64,000 bases of DNA from Anthoceros angustus (lineage: Eukaryota; Plantae; Anthocerotophyta). The stretch is taken from the NCBI GenBank assembly GCA_010909165.1, contig MU008153.1:434001-498000 (forward strand), given 5' to 3'. This document shows positions 47,731 to 61,247 of this stretch, in pieces. The position numbers and the translations under genes were made by a program. The notes beneath the pieces are model-generated. The model was not told the origin of the DNA and ran no database searches. It saw only the letters and a program-made list of their open reading frames with translations. Within the stretch, counting starts at the first letter, position 1, and each line of letters opens with the position of its first letter.

Positions 47731-48834
47731 GGTTGTCCCGAGCGAGGGCTTGGATACAACAAATATGACCCGAAGGGGTCCGGAGTCTGCACTGAACGGC
47801 CCTCACGGTCTGTGTTTGCTTCATCGCGAACTTAGAGGAAAAATTAAAAAATGGGTTGCTTTTCCAAATGCTTGGTTTCTACTGCCCCTGTTTTGCAGCG
47901 TTCAAAGTTCTCCAAGACCAAGACTTCTTTCATCAGCGTTCAAACTTCTCAAACAGCAAGACCTCCTTTCGGTATTCAGCTTGGTATGAAGAGTTCATTC
48001 ACAACCCCCTAATGGATGACCAAACAATACATGGATACCTAGAAGAGAAGAATATCCAATTTTCACCATGTACCCCGTGAAGCCATGTCAAGTGGGCAAA
48101 CGTGTGGGTGTGTACCTACATGTGTCCAGTTTGGCATGGCGAGTGGTGGCTCTCAATGGCTGGAGCAGTGCAGAGCCGTGTGAGGTCGGGAGACGTTGAA
48201 ACCCTTTCGTCTATTTAGAGTGGATACAGTACGTGGTAATGGGGGAGGGGGGTGGTGGCCTGTGGATGGGCTGGGCGTAGATCTAGTCCTTTCTCCGCCA
48301 CAGTTGGCGGGCAGACAGGAAGGGAACAAGGCGCGCGGAGACAGGAGACAGGGCGGGAGATGCGCGCGTGAAGGTGAGGTCACGACCTGACGTTTGTTGC
48401 GGCGCGGCGAGGCGGAACGGGACGGGACACGGCACGGCATGCTGGAGATTGGAGCGACCCGGCACGCGGTCATCAATGGCCCCCGGCCGCCGGATCTCCC
48501 CTCGTCCCCTTATCCGCCGATTCAATTCCTTTGTTGATTTTCACTTCTTATCTGCTTCTTCCTACACAGTCGCTTGGTAATGAACACCGACCACGAATTT
48601 CTAAGGCCTTACGGGTCTAGGCCTGGGTTTGAAACAACGACCACTTTTGTATGGGAGTAGTGAGCGTGATGACCGACTACATCGACGAGACCTGCATGTA
48701 TCACACTAACTATTTGGAAAGAGCGTGGCTGAACTAGTTTTTATATTATTTATTATTTAGATTTAAATTATTTTTATTTACTTATATAAAAGGAGCTCAT
48801 TCATTTAGTTCTTATAAATTATCAATGAGAAAAG

Positions 48835-50215
48835 AATTTTTATTACTTAGAAAAAGTGATGGGGAGAGCCCACCAAGCGAATGACAAAAAAAAGGACACC
48901 CTAATGGTCGAGGTAAAATACGGCAACTAAGCTCCCTACCTGAAGTCATCTACCGCAGCAATAATATCGGGTACAGGAAGAGTAAACGGCCTACACGTAA
49001 CATAGGAAGAGGAGGATGCAATCACCTGTTGTCGCCGCTTTATGGAGGATCGTCGTTGCAAGAGCTCGTTGAAGGGCAATGGAAACATGTTGACTGAAGA
49101 AGGCCGCTTTATGAAGGATCGCCGTTGCAAGGAGCCCGTTGAAGGGCAGTGGAAACACGTTGACTAAAGAAGGCCACTTTATGGAGGATCGCCGTTGCAA
49201 GAGCCCATTGAAGGGCAATGGAAATACGTTGACTGAAGAAGGCCGCTTTATGGAGGATCACCATTGCAAGAGCCCGTTGAAAGCCTGTTGAAGGGCAATG
49301 GAAACACATTGACTGAAGAAGGTCGCTTATGGAGGATCGTCCTTGCAAGAGCCCATTGAAGGGCAATGGAAACTCGTTGACTGAAGAAGGCCGCTTTATG
49401 GAGCATCGCCGTTGCAAGAGCCTGTTGAAGGGCAATGGAAATACGTTGACTAAAGAAGGCCACTTTATGGAGGATCGCCGTTGCAAGAGCCCATTGAAGG
49501 GCAATGGAAACTCTTTGACTGAAGAAGGCCGCTTTATGGAGCATCGCCGTTGCAAGAGCCTGTTGAAGGGCAATGGAAACACGTTGACTGAAGAAGGTCG
49601 TGAAGTAGAAAAGGGATGCCTCATGCCTGCAAGCATGGTAGGCTCTAACCTCTGGTTCCTCTATGTTTTGGATCATCCTCACACTAGGATGATGAAGTGA
49701 TCCAGAATATATTTTAGACCTTCTAGACCTTCATATGTGTATTTTACGATTCTCAAAGAACACCCTTCAAAATCTGTTTCTAACATATTGTAACAAATTC
49801 TTCTCGTGCAACATGCCTACCAAGACAAGGTAGTAGCCAACCTAGCTTCCGAAATATGTTTTTGAAATATTGAATAGCGTTGCAACAATGGGACGAGATT
49901 AGTTTAATATCTATTATTACCCTAGTATGTAAGATTGCGGAGAAGCCTCCCTCCTTGGCCAACGAAAACATGACGTCGCGAACAACGTCATGTGTAGCAA
50001 TGCGCTGCCCGCCCACAGGATAGCGAGCAAGGTTCGTACCCGAGTCGTCGAGGGGCGCCCCACAGCTGCACCTGGAGAGAGCAGGCCAAAGGCTGGACCA
50101 GGCTCAAGCGAAACCTCATCGTGGTACAAAAAGAGGCTGGTGTGATTCGGAAAGCCTGGATGCAAGGCCGTGCAAGAAGCCATGAACCTGCTCCCTTTCC
50201 TGAGCAAGAGCAGAG
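48835..50215 (-). mobile_element. CRE-like (RLE) non-LTR retrotransposon 3' part with amplified C-terminus
   Basis: SGKGAGSWLLARPC..FR..MRFRL.L, GGQRIATHDVVRDV, FFSQRVSIALQRALATAIL repeated, then stop and A-rich tail. Confidence 0.75.
49035..49600 (-). repeat. 69-bp tandem array (~8 copies)
   Basis: 23-aa periodicity in the ORF track (MEDRRCKSPLKGNGNSLTEEGRF on +). Confidence 0.92.
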
Positions 50216-51878
50216 TAAATGCAATGCACAACAAGGACATATTGCACTATATGTCACCTTGCTATGCCAGCCATAATGTGTTCATGATAGCACTGAAGAA
50301 ATTTTCAAGACCCTTATGCATAAGCAAAATCCCATGAAAAGAGCAAAATTGACACTCAAAACTACACTAGGTATGTAATAGACTTGTTAATGTCAAATGT
50401 CACCCTTACTCTGCACATCCCTTCTCATTTGTCACTTGTCATTTGAACATGGGGAGGTTGTTTTTGACCAAGATGTTTGTGTCACGATCTCATATACTTT
50501 CATTATTTACCATTTTTACTTCACGCTAGCGCCACACACCTGCTTCCTGCTTTGAAAATCTACTTTCTTCGGGATACTTTCATAACCCAGACTTGATTTC
50601 CACTTCTACATGACAACATCCGATGAAGCTCTACATTTCTCTAGTCTTTTTCTCAAAGAAGGGGCTCTAGCATTGTTATATGAGGCATCATTGTTCCACC
50701 TTTTTCCAATGTGCTCTTTCAAGGTTTCAATCAACTTCGTATGATCTTTTTTGATTTTTTAATTATTTTTTGAAGTTTTACAGGTTGAAAAGAATTCTAG
50801 TACCATCATCATACTAGAGAATACCAAGAGAGACTTCTAAGACCCATGAAAGATTTTCTTGGAGCCCGAGGCTCTCAACTCCAAAACTTTGTTGGCATCG
50901 CTTTTACTCCTCTTGTTGGGATCGCTTTTATGCTTTTATGCTCCTACATTACAATACAATATTTTCCGTGCATATATTTTTATTTTTAGATATTTATGAC
51001 GATATATTCAGCAATATTTATTTGTGTACCTCCAGCGTTCAAAAATGGATGCTAGGCTAGCCCTGCTGGGCCCTTGCTAGTACGAATGTGCAGAGGCACT
51101 GGCACAGGCGTATGAAGCCTGGAAAAAGGGGGTGGGATGGGCGCACATGGCCCACTGTTTAGCCTGCAAAGCGAAAACCCAAAGCAGGCTGCAGACGTGC
51201 CACATGACCAGCGAGGCAAAAGGCAGGCAGGCCCTTCGGGCCGGAGCCCGAGCGGGGCGCCGTTCGAGACGAGACTCACGCGAGCCTGCAGCACGCGTGC
51301 TTCGGGACTCTCGCATTCGTTTCCTATTTTCTGCCGCATTTTCTCGGTCGGTCTATTTTAGACGGCTTGTGTCTCGTCGCTTATGCCGCCCGTTGCCTCT
51401 TCTCCCACTTCACCAGTCTCTTCTCCCGGGCGCAAGGCCAAGCAGGCCAGGCCAGGCCAGGCCAGGCAAAGAGACTGCTGTCCCCGCGGCCGCTTTGTCC
51501 GCCCCGTTCCCGTCCCATTGTTGCTCTGTTCCGCAATTTTGTCCTCGCCACCTTGCGCGCAGATGGAGATATTTTCGCATCTGCGCACTCTCCACCGCGC
51601 GCCGGCTCTGCGCTCCGGATCCGTGATTGCATCTGTGTCCCTGCCGTTTTTGGTGGTCTAAACTGCGGAGAGTGTGAGGACTTGGAGATGGATTTGTTGC
51701 CTCCCGGTGAAGTGCGGGCAAGAGGAATGTGAACGGGAGAGCTGCCTTTTTGCAGCTGGAGTGAGGAAGGATCGGCGGAGTTTGTTGTCCCGCGGTGATG
51801 GAGCCGGAAAGTTTGGTCGGGCCAGGTGTCTGTTGCTGAATCGGGCTTTTGTGTGAGAGTCTCCGAGCTTGTTGCAAG

Positions 51879-53992
51879 ATGTTCGGCTCCGGGAAGCGGC
51901 AGCAGCAGCTTGGAGTGTTCAAGCCTTCCAGGGGACTGCAGAATGGATTCCCTCGGTTCACGGAGGATTTTGTTTCGCCGTCGTCCACGGAGGGGAAGCC
52001 TCAGTGTGAGTTTCACGTGTCCCGGTCAACAAGCTTCTTTGCCGCGATCGAGAGAGAGGAGTGCGAGCTTCCTGCTGTGCCTTTCATGGCGCTTGGAACG
52101 CCCGCTGTCCGCGTCAAAAATTGCAAGGGAGTGGTGAATCTTGCCAAAGGGAGGGCTGCGTCCAAGGTTTTCAGTCTTACTGACGGCGAGGGGGACAGTT
52201 CACCAATTCCGGATGAGGATTTGATGTCTACCACGGAGTCTGAGCGATCTTATCTGAACAGAGTTGCGCTGGTAACACTCCTTCTCCGCAATACGTGTGT
52301 CTTCCTCCTGGCAATGCGTGAGCTGGCGTGTGTGTGCAGTGGCTCTCTGTTTTGTTGCTGGCTGTGGAGTGTGCGTCGTGCAATGGAAACTCACGATTCT
52401 GATCTCCTGTACAGGTGAAAGCCCTGGCTATGAAGAAGGAAAAATTGGCCGGGTCTGGCTCACGGGATATGTCGAGCCTGGACACACAGAAGTTCCTGCT
52501 GGTGAACGGCAGTGAAACTGACGATTCTCTCGGGGGGACAACCAGGAGAGGAGAATCACGCATTCTGTCCCACGACAGACGCAGTTATATGGAGAGTCCA
52601 CGGCAGACGTCTGATGAATTCTACGCTCCCAAATCGGGCAGTAGCACGCGGTTCACTGTGCAGGCGTGGAAAAAGGGAAAGAAGGCCGCGCCGCTTGTGG
52701 ATTTCGCGAAGTGCGCTTTCAGCTGCGCTGGGAACATGAGGTCCTTCAGAGCTGTTGAGGCCTTGCCGCGGCAGCCCGAGAGTCCAGAATCTCAGGGTAA
52801 GGATGAGTATGAGGATTCTCTATATGGTGAAAGCAAGAGCTCCAATGGTGAGAGCAGGTCAAATAGCGGCAACGGCTTCAAGAAGTCGATGCAGAGGCTT
52901 TACAGCAAACTGCGAGCGGCGCAGATGACGAGCGAGTCTCCCAGATCTGGGGGGAACTCACCGTCCGGTCCGATCCGAGAAGTGCTGGATTCGGAGTGGA
53001 AGAAGCTGGCTTTGGAGCAGAACGAGCGCATGACTAGCATGCTAGACATACTAAGGAGCATTGCTACCAAGTTGGAGGGTGTAGCATCTAAAGACAGTCC
53101 ACAAGATGCGCCACAGAGACTGCAGTCTGGCAAAGCTTTGACATCTTGTACTGGGAAACAAGCAGATAGAAGTGCCTCCGGTAGAGATATCATCTGGGAC
53201 CAGAAAGAGGCGTCCTTGAACCCAAGCGACAAACAAGGCAAGAGCGGCAGGATTCGGCCTCGCCAAATTGGACCATCTCTGCTCTCTTTGGACAGTTGCG
53301 CCAAGGGCGCCAGAGCTTTTCTCCGGAGCTTTGCCGAGCTATTGAGAAAGGAGACCAATGAGGTGACGCAGAGGAATCTCTTGTTTGGAGAACTTCTGCC
53401 TCATGTTCAGTTTGTCAAACCCTGGCATCTGCGATACGGCCTGGAGGCATTCGTGTGTGGGTTATTTTTCGCTAATTTTCAAAAGGCAGGCTTTGGGATG
53501 CTGGAGGGCCTGCCTGAAGAGATGATGCTCAATGCGGAAGAGTATTGGGTGCAATATCAACTCCTGGGAGCCATGGAGCCCAGGGACGCAACTGACAGAG
53601 ATAACCTGAACTACGATGCGGGTTTTCATGCCTTTTGTGAGGTGAATCTCCAAGTCATTCAGGAGAGAGTTCACTGGATTCGTGAGTGGTCGAACGAGCT
53701 TCTGGATGCCTTCCTCAATTCGGCGAAAGCCGTTTGGCGTCTACACATGCTCGCCTACTCCTTCGCCACTCCAGCCCAGCTTATACTGGCCGCTCCAGCG
53801 CAGGCTTTCAACTCAGAGGAAATGGAGCCAGTAGATGATGCAGATGGATTGATCATGGATGCAAAGGCCTTCTCCTCCAACGTAGAGCTAACAGTCATGC
53901 CTGGCTTCCGAATTCCAGAGGGTGGTGTCATAAAGTGCATAGTATACTTCAAGCCCAAGTCTGCAAGAACAGACAAGAGGAGGAACTTGTAA
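51879..53992 (+). CDS. IRK-interacting protein/GIL1-like protein; exons 51879-52271 and 52415-53992
   Basis: Phase-0 GT-AG intron; C-terminal FLNSAKAVWRLHMLAYSF..F..E.ME..VELTVMPGFRI..GVIKCIVY. Start codon uncertain. Confidence 0.85.
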
Positions 53993-55934
53993 GTCTAGTA
54001 GCCCGGCATGTACCATAGAGGCATCTCCAACCTGCCTAGTGTAGAGATAAACAGAAAGATCAAGGTGCCTGGAGGACCTTCAGCTTAGTAATTAATTGTA
54101 CAGCTTCTATCTTCCATTACAATCGATTCTATTCGCCCAGGTGATTCGATTACTTGGGGACTCGAATCTGTTGAGTCCCTTGTAGCCGCCCGGGGCCGAA
54201 TATCTCCATGGCCTCTCACAATGTTAGAGCTCCTGTAGCGGGAAGCAGAGGTGCCGGCCAAGAATCGCGTATGCAAGGGATACATTGGGGTCACTCAGAT
54301 GCTCTCTGGAAGCCGATAAAGTACCCCTGCCTTTTTCTGTCATACCATCGGCTTCGGTCTCGATGGTCAAGAACGAGGCATGTTCGAAATTTGTGCCACC
54401 GCATCATGTTTGAAATGAGCGACTCAATCATAACATAGGGAAGCAGCTAGCATATACGGAAAAGCACTGTAGAGCAGTACCTTCGGAGTTCCCTGTTGCT
54501 CTTCTTGCCTGCACAATATTCTATTGCTCCGTTCTATGTGGCCTTCAGAGCTTTGAGGAGTTCCAGCACCTCCACCACTTTCAGAAAAATGATGAGATAT
54601 CAACTAATATATCCGACAAAACTTCAATTGTCTGTCTCGAAAAAACACTCTTACCAGGCCAATGATGCCCTGCCCTTCCCTTCTTCGTCTATGAGCCACA
54701 TTTACAAGCAGGCTCGGATGGAGGAACAACAGAGTGAAATCTCCTCTGAAAGCAGACAAGCAGGCTTGCCCTCCCGGGCTATTCCAGTGAAGGTGAACAT
54801 GTCACTTGAAAACACATAGGGATGGTGATAGTAATCTCTAGTTTGGTGAGTTGTGTAGTATGAAGAGGGAAAGCAGAGAAATAATCTAGGATATTTTCTA
54901 CATTTCCATTTTTGTGCAACCATTATGCTTGCCCGACTACATTGAGAGTGAAGAAGTTGCTCCCACCTCTTCACTCTTCTTGTAGGACATAACCGTGAAG
55001 CTCTTCCAAGAGGCCGCCCAGCCCCCCAAGGAGCTGTACATGTATGTAATCTTCCACATTGACATATGTTTCCCTGGAAGAGATGTTACTACAGGACTCG
55101 CACAAATGCCATGTGATTCCTCCTTGCTCCAAATTCCTTTCCATAACCCTGTTGCAGATTGTGATAGCACGCAAGCACCTTCATGATGGACGAGACCCAC
55201 GAGCCAAAAGCCAAAGGCACATGCTTCGTCAGCAGGTACACTGCCAATCGCATCCAGCAAGTGTGGACGTTCATTGGAGAGCCTCAGAACGTCCCACCAC
55301 TCCCTGGCTAGAGGCAGGTGAAGTGAAGTCCTTTGGCTTCAATTAAGTCCCACTTTGGCACTGAAGCCAAAGGTACATGTTTCGTCTGCAGCGACAATCG
55401 GAACAGTCGGTGTGTCAGATCAAATAAACTTTGATAGAAAAACTTGAGATTAACTCTTAAGCGAAGAGCTAAGCTCGAAAAACTGAGAACCTAAATCGTA
55501 CCGAAAGTCGGTTCGATTTAAGGTTCAACTCCACAAAAATATAGTGAAGAAGTTGGCAAATAACAGGCTACCTTGGACTGTATCAATGATTTGCACTCGT
55601 TGAAATTGAATCCTAATAAACTTTGATTCGAAGTACAAAGAAACCTTGTCCCGCCTCGTGACCACCACAATGCCCCCCTTCTGCCTAATATCAACTTGCT
55701 AAAGGTTATGTTAGTTGCCTCTTTAAATGTGATGACTATGTGAACTCCATAGGACCATGGATTTTTTTTCTAAAAATCTAACTAAAGTATATTCGTGCAC
55801 TCCAAAGTTTAAAAAGTATATTATGATTTCACCACATCTTTACATGGGTTTGAAGGACTATAAGGTGCTCAATATTTTTAGGAAACTTCATAAAGCAAAC
55901 TGAAAAATATTAGTTAGTTCTAGGTGCCGTCGTG

Positions 55935-56250
55935 CATGATTGTCAAAAGCGCGATACATGTTTTCACGTTCCTTCAAGATTCACAGATTTATAGTTTATA
56001 GCTAGATTGTGAAAAGCACGATGCATAGTTTCACGTTCCTCCAAGATGCACATATTTATAGTCTATAGCTAGATTGTCAAAAGCTCAATACATGTTTCAC
56101 GTTCCTCCAAGATGCACATATTTCTAGTCTATAGCTAGATCTTAAGATCATGTTCGTGCAAGATGCACACATTTAGAGTTTACCGTTAAATATTAAGATC
56201 ATGTTCTTGAAAGATGCACACATTTAGAGTTTATTCTTAGATCTTAAGAT
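55935..56250 (+). repeat. Diverged ~55-65-bp tandem units
   Basis: ttcacgttcc.ccaagatgcacatattt.tagtctatagctagat repeated ~5 times with decay. Confidence 0.8.
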
Positions 56251-56850
56251 GAGCAGCAAGAAGAGTATCCATGAACAATACTCGATACACATATACTTGT
56301 ATGAAGCATTAATCATGAATTGAGAAATAAGATGTATTGATGTGAATAATTTGTCCAAGGGGTTAACGAAAGTGAGTAGGTCCATTATGTATTTACCTTC
56401 ATGTGAAGATCAGGTTAGAGTTATGTTAATGAAAGTGAGTAAGTTTCTCTTACTCATCTTGATGTGAGTAAGGGTTTAGGATTTAAGCTTAGAATATGCT
56501 CATGAAAGTGAGTTTGTCTTAATTATTTAACTTCATGTGAGTATAAGTTTAGGGTTTAAGCTTACAGTATGCTAGCGAAAGTGAGTTTGTCTTCAACTAC
56601 TCAGCTCTAGAGTGAGTATATGTTTCGTGTTTTAGCTTTGAGTGTGTTGATGAAAGTGAATAAAATAAGAGTTTGTCTTGCAACTACTCCCCTCTAGAGT
56701 GAGTATGGGTTTAAGCTTTAACTGAGCTAATGAAAGTGAGTAAAGTAAGAGTTTGTCTCATCTTCATAATAAGTATCGGTTTAGGATTTAAACTCCTTGG
56801 CTTAAATCTTGTTGCCTTTGTTCCCCTACTCATCTTGTTGGTTTTTTACT

Positions 56851-57185
56851 CACTCTCATTCGCACACTAAAAGCTTAAATCCTAAAGCACTTTCATTCGC
56901 ACATTGAAAGCTTAAATCCTAAACCACTTTCATTCGTACACTGAAAGCTTAAATCCTCAACCACTTTCATTCGCACACTGAAAGCTTAAATCCTAACGAC
57001 TTTCATTCGCACACTGTAAGCTTAAATCCTGACGACTTTCATTCGCACACTGAAAGCTTAAATCCTGACGACTTTCATTCGCACACTGAAAGCTTAAATC
57101 CTAAACCACTTTCATTCGCACACTGAAAGCTTAAATCCTAAACCACTTTCATTCACACACTGAAAGCTTAAATGCTAAAGCACTT
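56851..57185 (+). repeat. 36-37-bp tandem array, 9 copies
   Basis: actttcattcgcacactgaaagcttaaatcctaaacc units. Confidence 0.95.
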
Positions 57186-57192
57186 TAAGCTT

Positions 57193-57740
57193 TAAGATTT
57201 AAGCTTTGAGTGTAAACAAAACAAATGTGATGGGTAAGGGAACATGGGAATAAGATGTAAGCTTTGAGTGTAAACGAAACAATGTGATGCGTAAGGGAAC
57301 ATGGGAACAAGATTTAAGCTTTGAGTGTGAACAAAACAATGTGATGGGTAAGGGAACATGGGAACAAGATTTAAGCTTTGAGTGTGAACAAAACAATGTG
57401 ATGGGTAAGGAAACATGGGAACAAGATTTAAGCTTTGAGTGTAAATGAAACAATGTGATGGGTAAGGGAACATGGGAACAAGATTTAAGCTTTGAGTGTG
57501 AACAAAACAATGTGATGGGTAAGGAAACATGGGAACAAGATTCAAGTTTTGAGTGTGAACAAAACAATGTGATGGGTAAGGAAACATGGGAACAAGATTT
57601 AAGCTTTGAGTTTGAACAAAACAATGTGATGGGTAAGGGAACATGGGAACAAGATTTAAGCTTTGAGTGTGAACAAAACAATGTGATGGGTAAGGGAACA
57701 TGGGAACAAGATTTAAGCTTTGAGTGTGAACAAAACAATG
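57193..57740 (+). repeat. 57-bp tandem array, ~9.5 copies
   Basis: aagatttaagctttgagtgtgaacaaaacaatgtgatgggtaagggaacatgggaac units. Confidence 0.95.
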
Positions 57741-57744
57741 TCAA

Positions 57745-57870
57745 CCATGCCATGCCATGCTAACTATGCCAGCCATGCCATGCTAACCATGCCAGCCATG
57801 CCATGCTAACCATGCCAGCCATGCCATATCATGCCATGTTATACCATGCTATGCGATGCCAGCCCATGCC
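57745..57870 (+). repeat. CATGC-rich low-complexity repeat
   Basis: catgccatgctaaccatgccagc units. Confidence 0.85.
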
Positions 57871-58822
57871 CTTGCCACCGCTCCCTCCGGACCATAGCGA
57901 CGGTCGCAGTCGCACGCGATAGCATCTGACCATAGCGGTGACAGCATCTGATCTTAATGACCCGTTTTGAAACGTTTTTTTAAAAGGTCTGTATTGTAGT
58001 GTGTATATTATGATTCTGGTATAAATGTGCCGAATCCCGTAGAAATCCGGCCACACCAACCAGCCATGTGAGGATTGCAGAGTTTCTAAAACTTTGGCAC
58101 ATTCCTGTGAGAGAGGGGATGGGTGTCCCAAACGGCCCACCTGCGTATATAGCCGCCGTGACCCAAAGAGTTTTAGTTTTAAAACGCACGCAGCAACTTC
58201 CCTCAAAAACCACGGAAACTTAGACGTAGTGTCCAAAACGGCATGCCATAGCTGCCAGGAGATGGATATTTCATGTCCCTCCGGACCTCTCAATGCTAGC
58301 AGCACACACCAGTGGGTGGCTCATCAGTCTGAAATCCTGGATATCAAATGCCTAAATGCATATGTATGTAGCACGTTGTTATCTGGCAAGCACCCTCTTG
58401 TTTCCATTACGCAATCCCACATACGCAGGCATTTCAAGAGCACACCTCGCTGCTCGCAGGCCAGCCATTACATGTCACGGTTAGCAAAAGCATCATGAGA
58501 AACCAATGGGTAGTGCCCACCGTCCTGCATTGAATGCAGGACGGAACGTTCCGACCCGCCTGTGCTAATATCTACCCTTGTCATAACTGCTGACGGCTAC
58601 CCAAATTCCATGTCGGGCAGGCTTCATTGCGGCGGGCCTGGATCAGAAGCGTGAGCGTCATTACGTACCCGCCGCCCGCCTGAACCCTGAAACCCAAAAC
58701 CCAAGAGCTGTGAGGTGCGAGAGCAAAGCCATTCCGGTTCCAGCCCAGAGAGATCTGAGAGAATTTCTGGTTACAGCTCAGAGCAATTCTGGTTTCTAAG
58801 CTGAGACATCCTGGTTGCAGGC

Positions 58823-61247
58823 ATGGAGAATTTGGAGGAAACCATGAGGACTCTGCTGAGGATGGGATGGCTGGTGGCTCTAATCGGCGTGGCCAGACAG
58901 ACAGGGAGAGGATGCTTGCAGATTTCAGAGCTGCCAGGGAGTTCCGCAACAGGCCAGAGCATCGAAGCATGCACCAGGCGAAGTTTTCCGTGATGGATGA
59001 TCCGCCTCCCCCGTCGAGAGCTTCGCTGTCCAGCCTCCGCCCCATCCTGATCAGGTAGCTTTGATGGGATGGTCTGGTTTCTTTGCATGCGAGCCTGGAG
59101 CTGGAGATTGTTTGCTTGATTGATTGATGGATGCATGCAAGCGATTGGGCTTGCTGTTGCTTGCGCGTGGTGCAGTGAGCTGACTGTGGGGACGAGGCAC
59201 CGGGGCGGTGCTGTGGCAAGCTGATCGAGGACGCGTTCCGGTTGGCTGCTGTGATGACCTTGATGGAGGACGAGACTGGCGAGGTCACCATTCTGACGGT
59301 GTATCATGCGCTCAAGTCGAATGCTCCTGAGCGGATGGTGGCCAAGCGGTTTCCCAAGGGGCGGAAGATTGCGGTGAAGGAACCGTATTTCAAGGTGGCC
59401 ATGGATGGACGTCTGGCTGTGAGAGTGGATAATTCCGATGATTTTGTGCTCTTGGAAGAGGACGTTGTGCATGTGGCTCCGTCCGAAGGGCAGGGCAACC
59501 AGCCAAGTACGAGAGAGGGGGAGATGGGCGTGCGAGCTCTAGTGGAGAGGGTGTGTTGAAATCGGTGGAGGAGCTGCGTGAGGAGGGAAGGACGTGTTTT
59601 AAAGCGGGGAGTGGGGAGGCTGTTGAGGTGTATAGCAGGCTGGTTTCTGTGATAGAGGGAGGGAGGAAGGGGATCGTGAGAGGTCGAGGAGGACTATGTC
59701 ATTGCCTACTCTAACAGGGCGGAGGCCTGGCTGCGGCTGGAGAAGTATGAGGAGGCTCTGGGAGATGCTGCCAAGGCTTTGGAGCGGATGGTGGGCATGT
59801 GAAGAGCATTGCGAGGAAAGTGAGGGCTCTGTGTGCGTTGGAGATTTTCCATGAGGCGGTGCTGTTGTTGCAACAGGTGATGAGGGATGGAAGGGTGGAT
59901 GGTGCCACTCGGACGGAGTTGCAGGGGCTGCTCAGAGGTGCAGAGGCTGGGGACAAGCAGAGCAGGTTGGGGAAGTATGATCTCAACGAGTTTTATGTTG
60001 GTAGTGGGCGAGTGGCTCCTCCGAAGTGCAGAGATTTTGTGGGGCCTGTAGGGATCGGGCTGGTCCAGCAAGGGGATGGGTCGAAGAGGCGGGGCTTGTT
60101 TGTGACCAGTAGGGTGAAGCCCGGGGATCTGCTTCTTGTGAGTAATCCGCTTGCTGTGGCAAAAGGCGGTGAGGAGCAGGCGGGCTTTGTAAGAGGTATC
60201 AGGATGCCAGCTTGTGTCGTGATCGACGAGAACTTGATAACGGAGGTGACGGAAATTTGCAGGAGGTCCCTCGCCGTCTGAAGCAGTTGTACTCGCTCTA
60301 CGATGGCACGGAAGGCTCCCAGGCTGAGGTGCCTCCTATGTCGTTGTTCTTGCCACCTGCAGATTCAAGCAAAGTGAAACCGCAAAGTGCTCCTGAGGAA
60401 GTGGTGGATGTTGGCCGCATTCGGAGGATCAAGACCGTGAACGCCTTCTTGGGACCGGACCCTGGAGATGCTTTCACAAGCGAGTGGTCTCAGATGACTT
60501 CACCCGCAGGCTTGTGGGTGCTGCCTTCTTTCATCAACCACTCCTGTCTGCCCAACACTCACATCTCGTTTGTGGGATATGCGATGTTCTTACGAGCCAC
60601 CCACGACATCCAAAGAGGGAGGAGCTCACCATATCCTACGGCGACTTGGAACAGCCTTTGGAGGAACGGAGGGCGTTTCTCAAAGCCCATTCAGGATTCG
60701 AGTGCAGGTGCCCTAGGTGCACAATCGAGCAGGAACTTTTCAGAGCTTCCCAGCGTTGATCACACTCACACAGCTGTTTTCTGCCCTTCCACCCAAGGAC
60801 GAGTCTTATGGTGAGGAGGCTACTAAGAGGCTATCCGCTGCAGGTGCCAGACTTGCTGAACGTTTGGAGCAAATCCTTGATAAGTTGCCAGCAGGCGATG
60901 CCCACAAAAAGGACTGGGTCAGGCATTCGTATTTCAGGGTCTACATGTGCGTGGCCTCGGAGCATCTGAGGCGGACATTGAAGACTGATGAATGGGACAG
61001 TTGGGCGGACCATATGTACGCTCGGTTAAGCACGATGCTCCGTATCGAGCCCACAGAGGAACTCCTTGCACAAGCTAGCGGTGCTGTTCGTATTATGGAG
61101 GACAGGTGCGAAGAGTATCTATGGAAGTGGAAGGCTAAGTGGACTCGCCTGCTGAAGCAGATCTGCACCGCCATGTATGGGCCTATTAGCGAGGAGGCCA
61201 GGAAAGCTCTTGTTTACAGATACTCCCGGACGGCTCTTGCGCTCTAG
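58823..61247 (+). CDS. TPR + split SET-domain protein with extra N-terminal domain; several frameshifts (errors or pseudogene)
   Basis: KEPYFK..DGRLAVRVDNSDD; YSNRAEAWLRLEKYEEALGDA; RRGLFVT..VKPGDLLLVS; GLWVLPSFINHSCLPN; EELTISY; GFECRCPRC; intron ~59056-59175. Confidence 0.8.

Noticed and set aside
44200-48600. Many short ORFs and an exon-like segment at 44890-45001
   Set aside because: No recognisable domain or consistent gene model.
51050-51081. Helitron 3' end (GCCC-TGCT-GGGC then CTAG-T)
   Set aside because: Stem only 4 bp and no 5' end identified.
54560-55300. Possible degenerate PPR remnant on minus
   Set aside because: Motif similarity too weak to support a call.
56851-57740. CRISPR-like arrays
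   Set aside because: No unique spacers, no cas genes, eukaryotic context.
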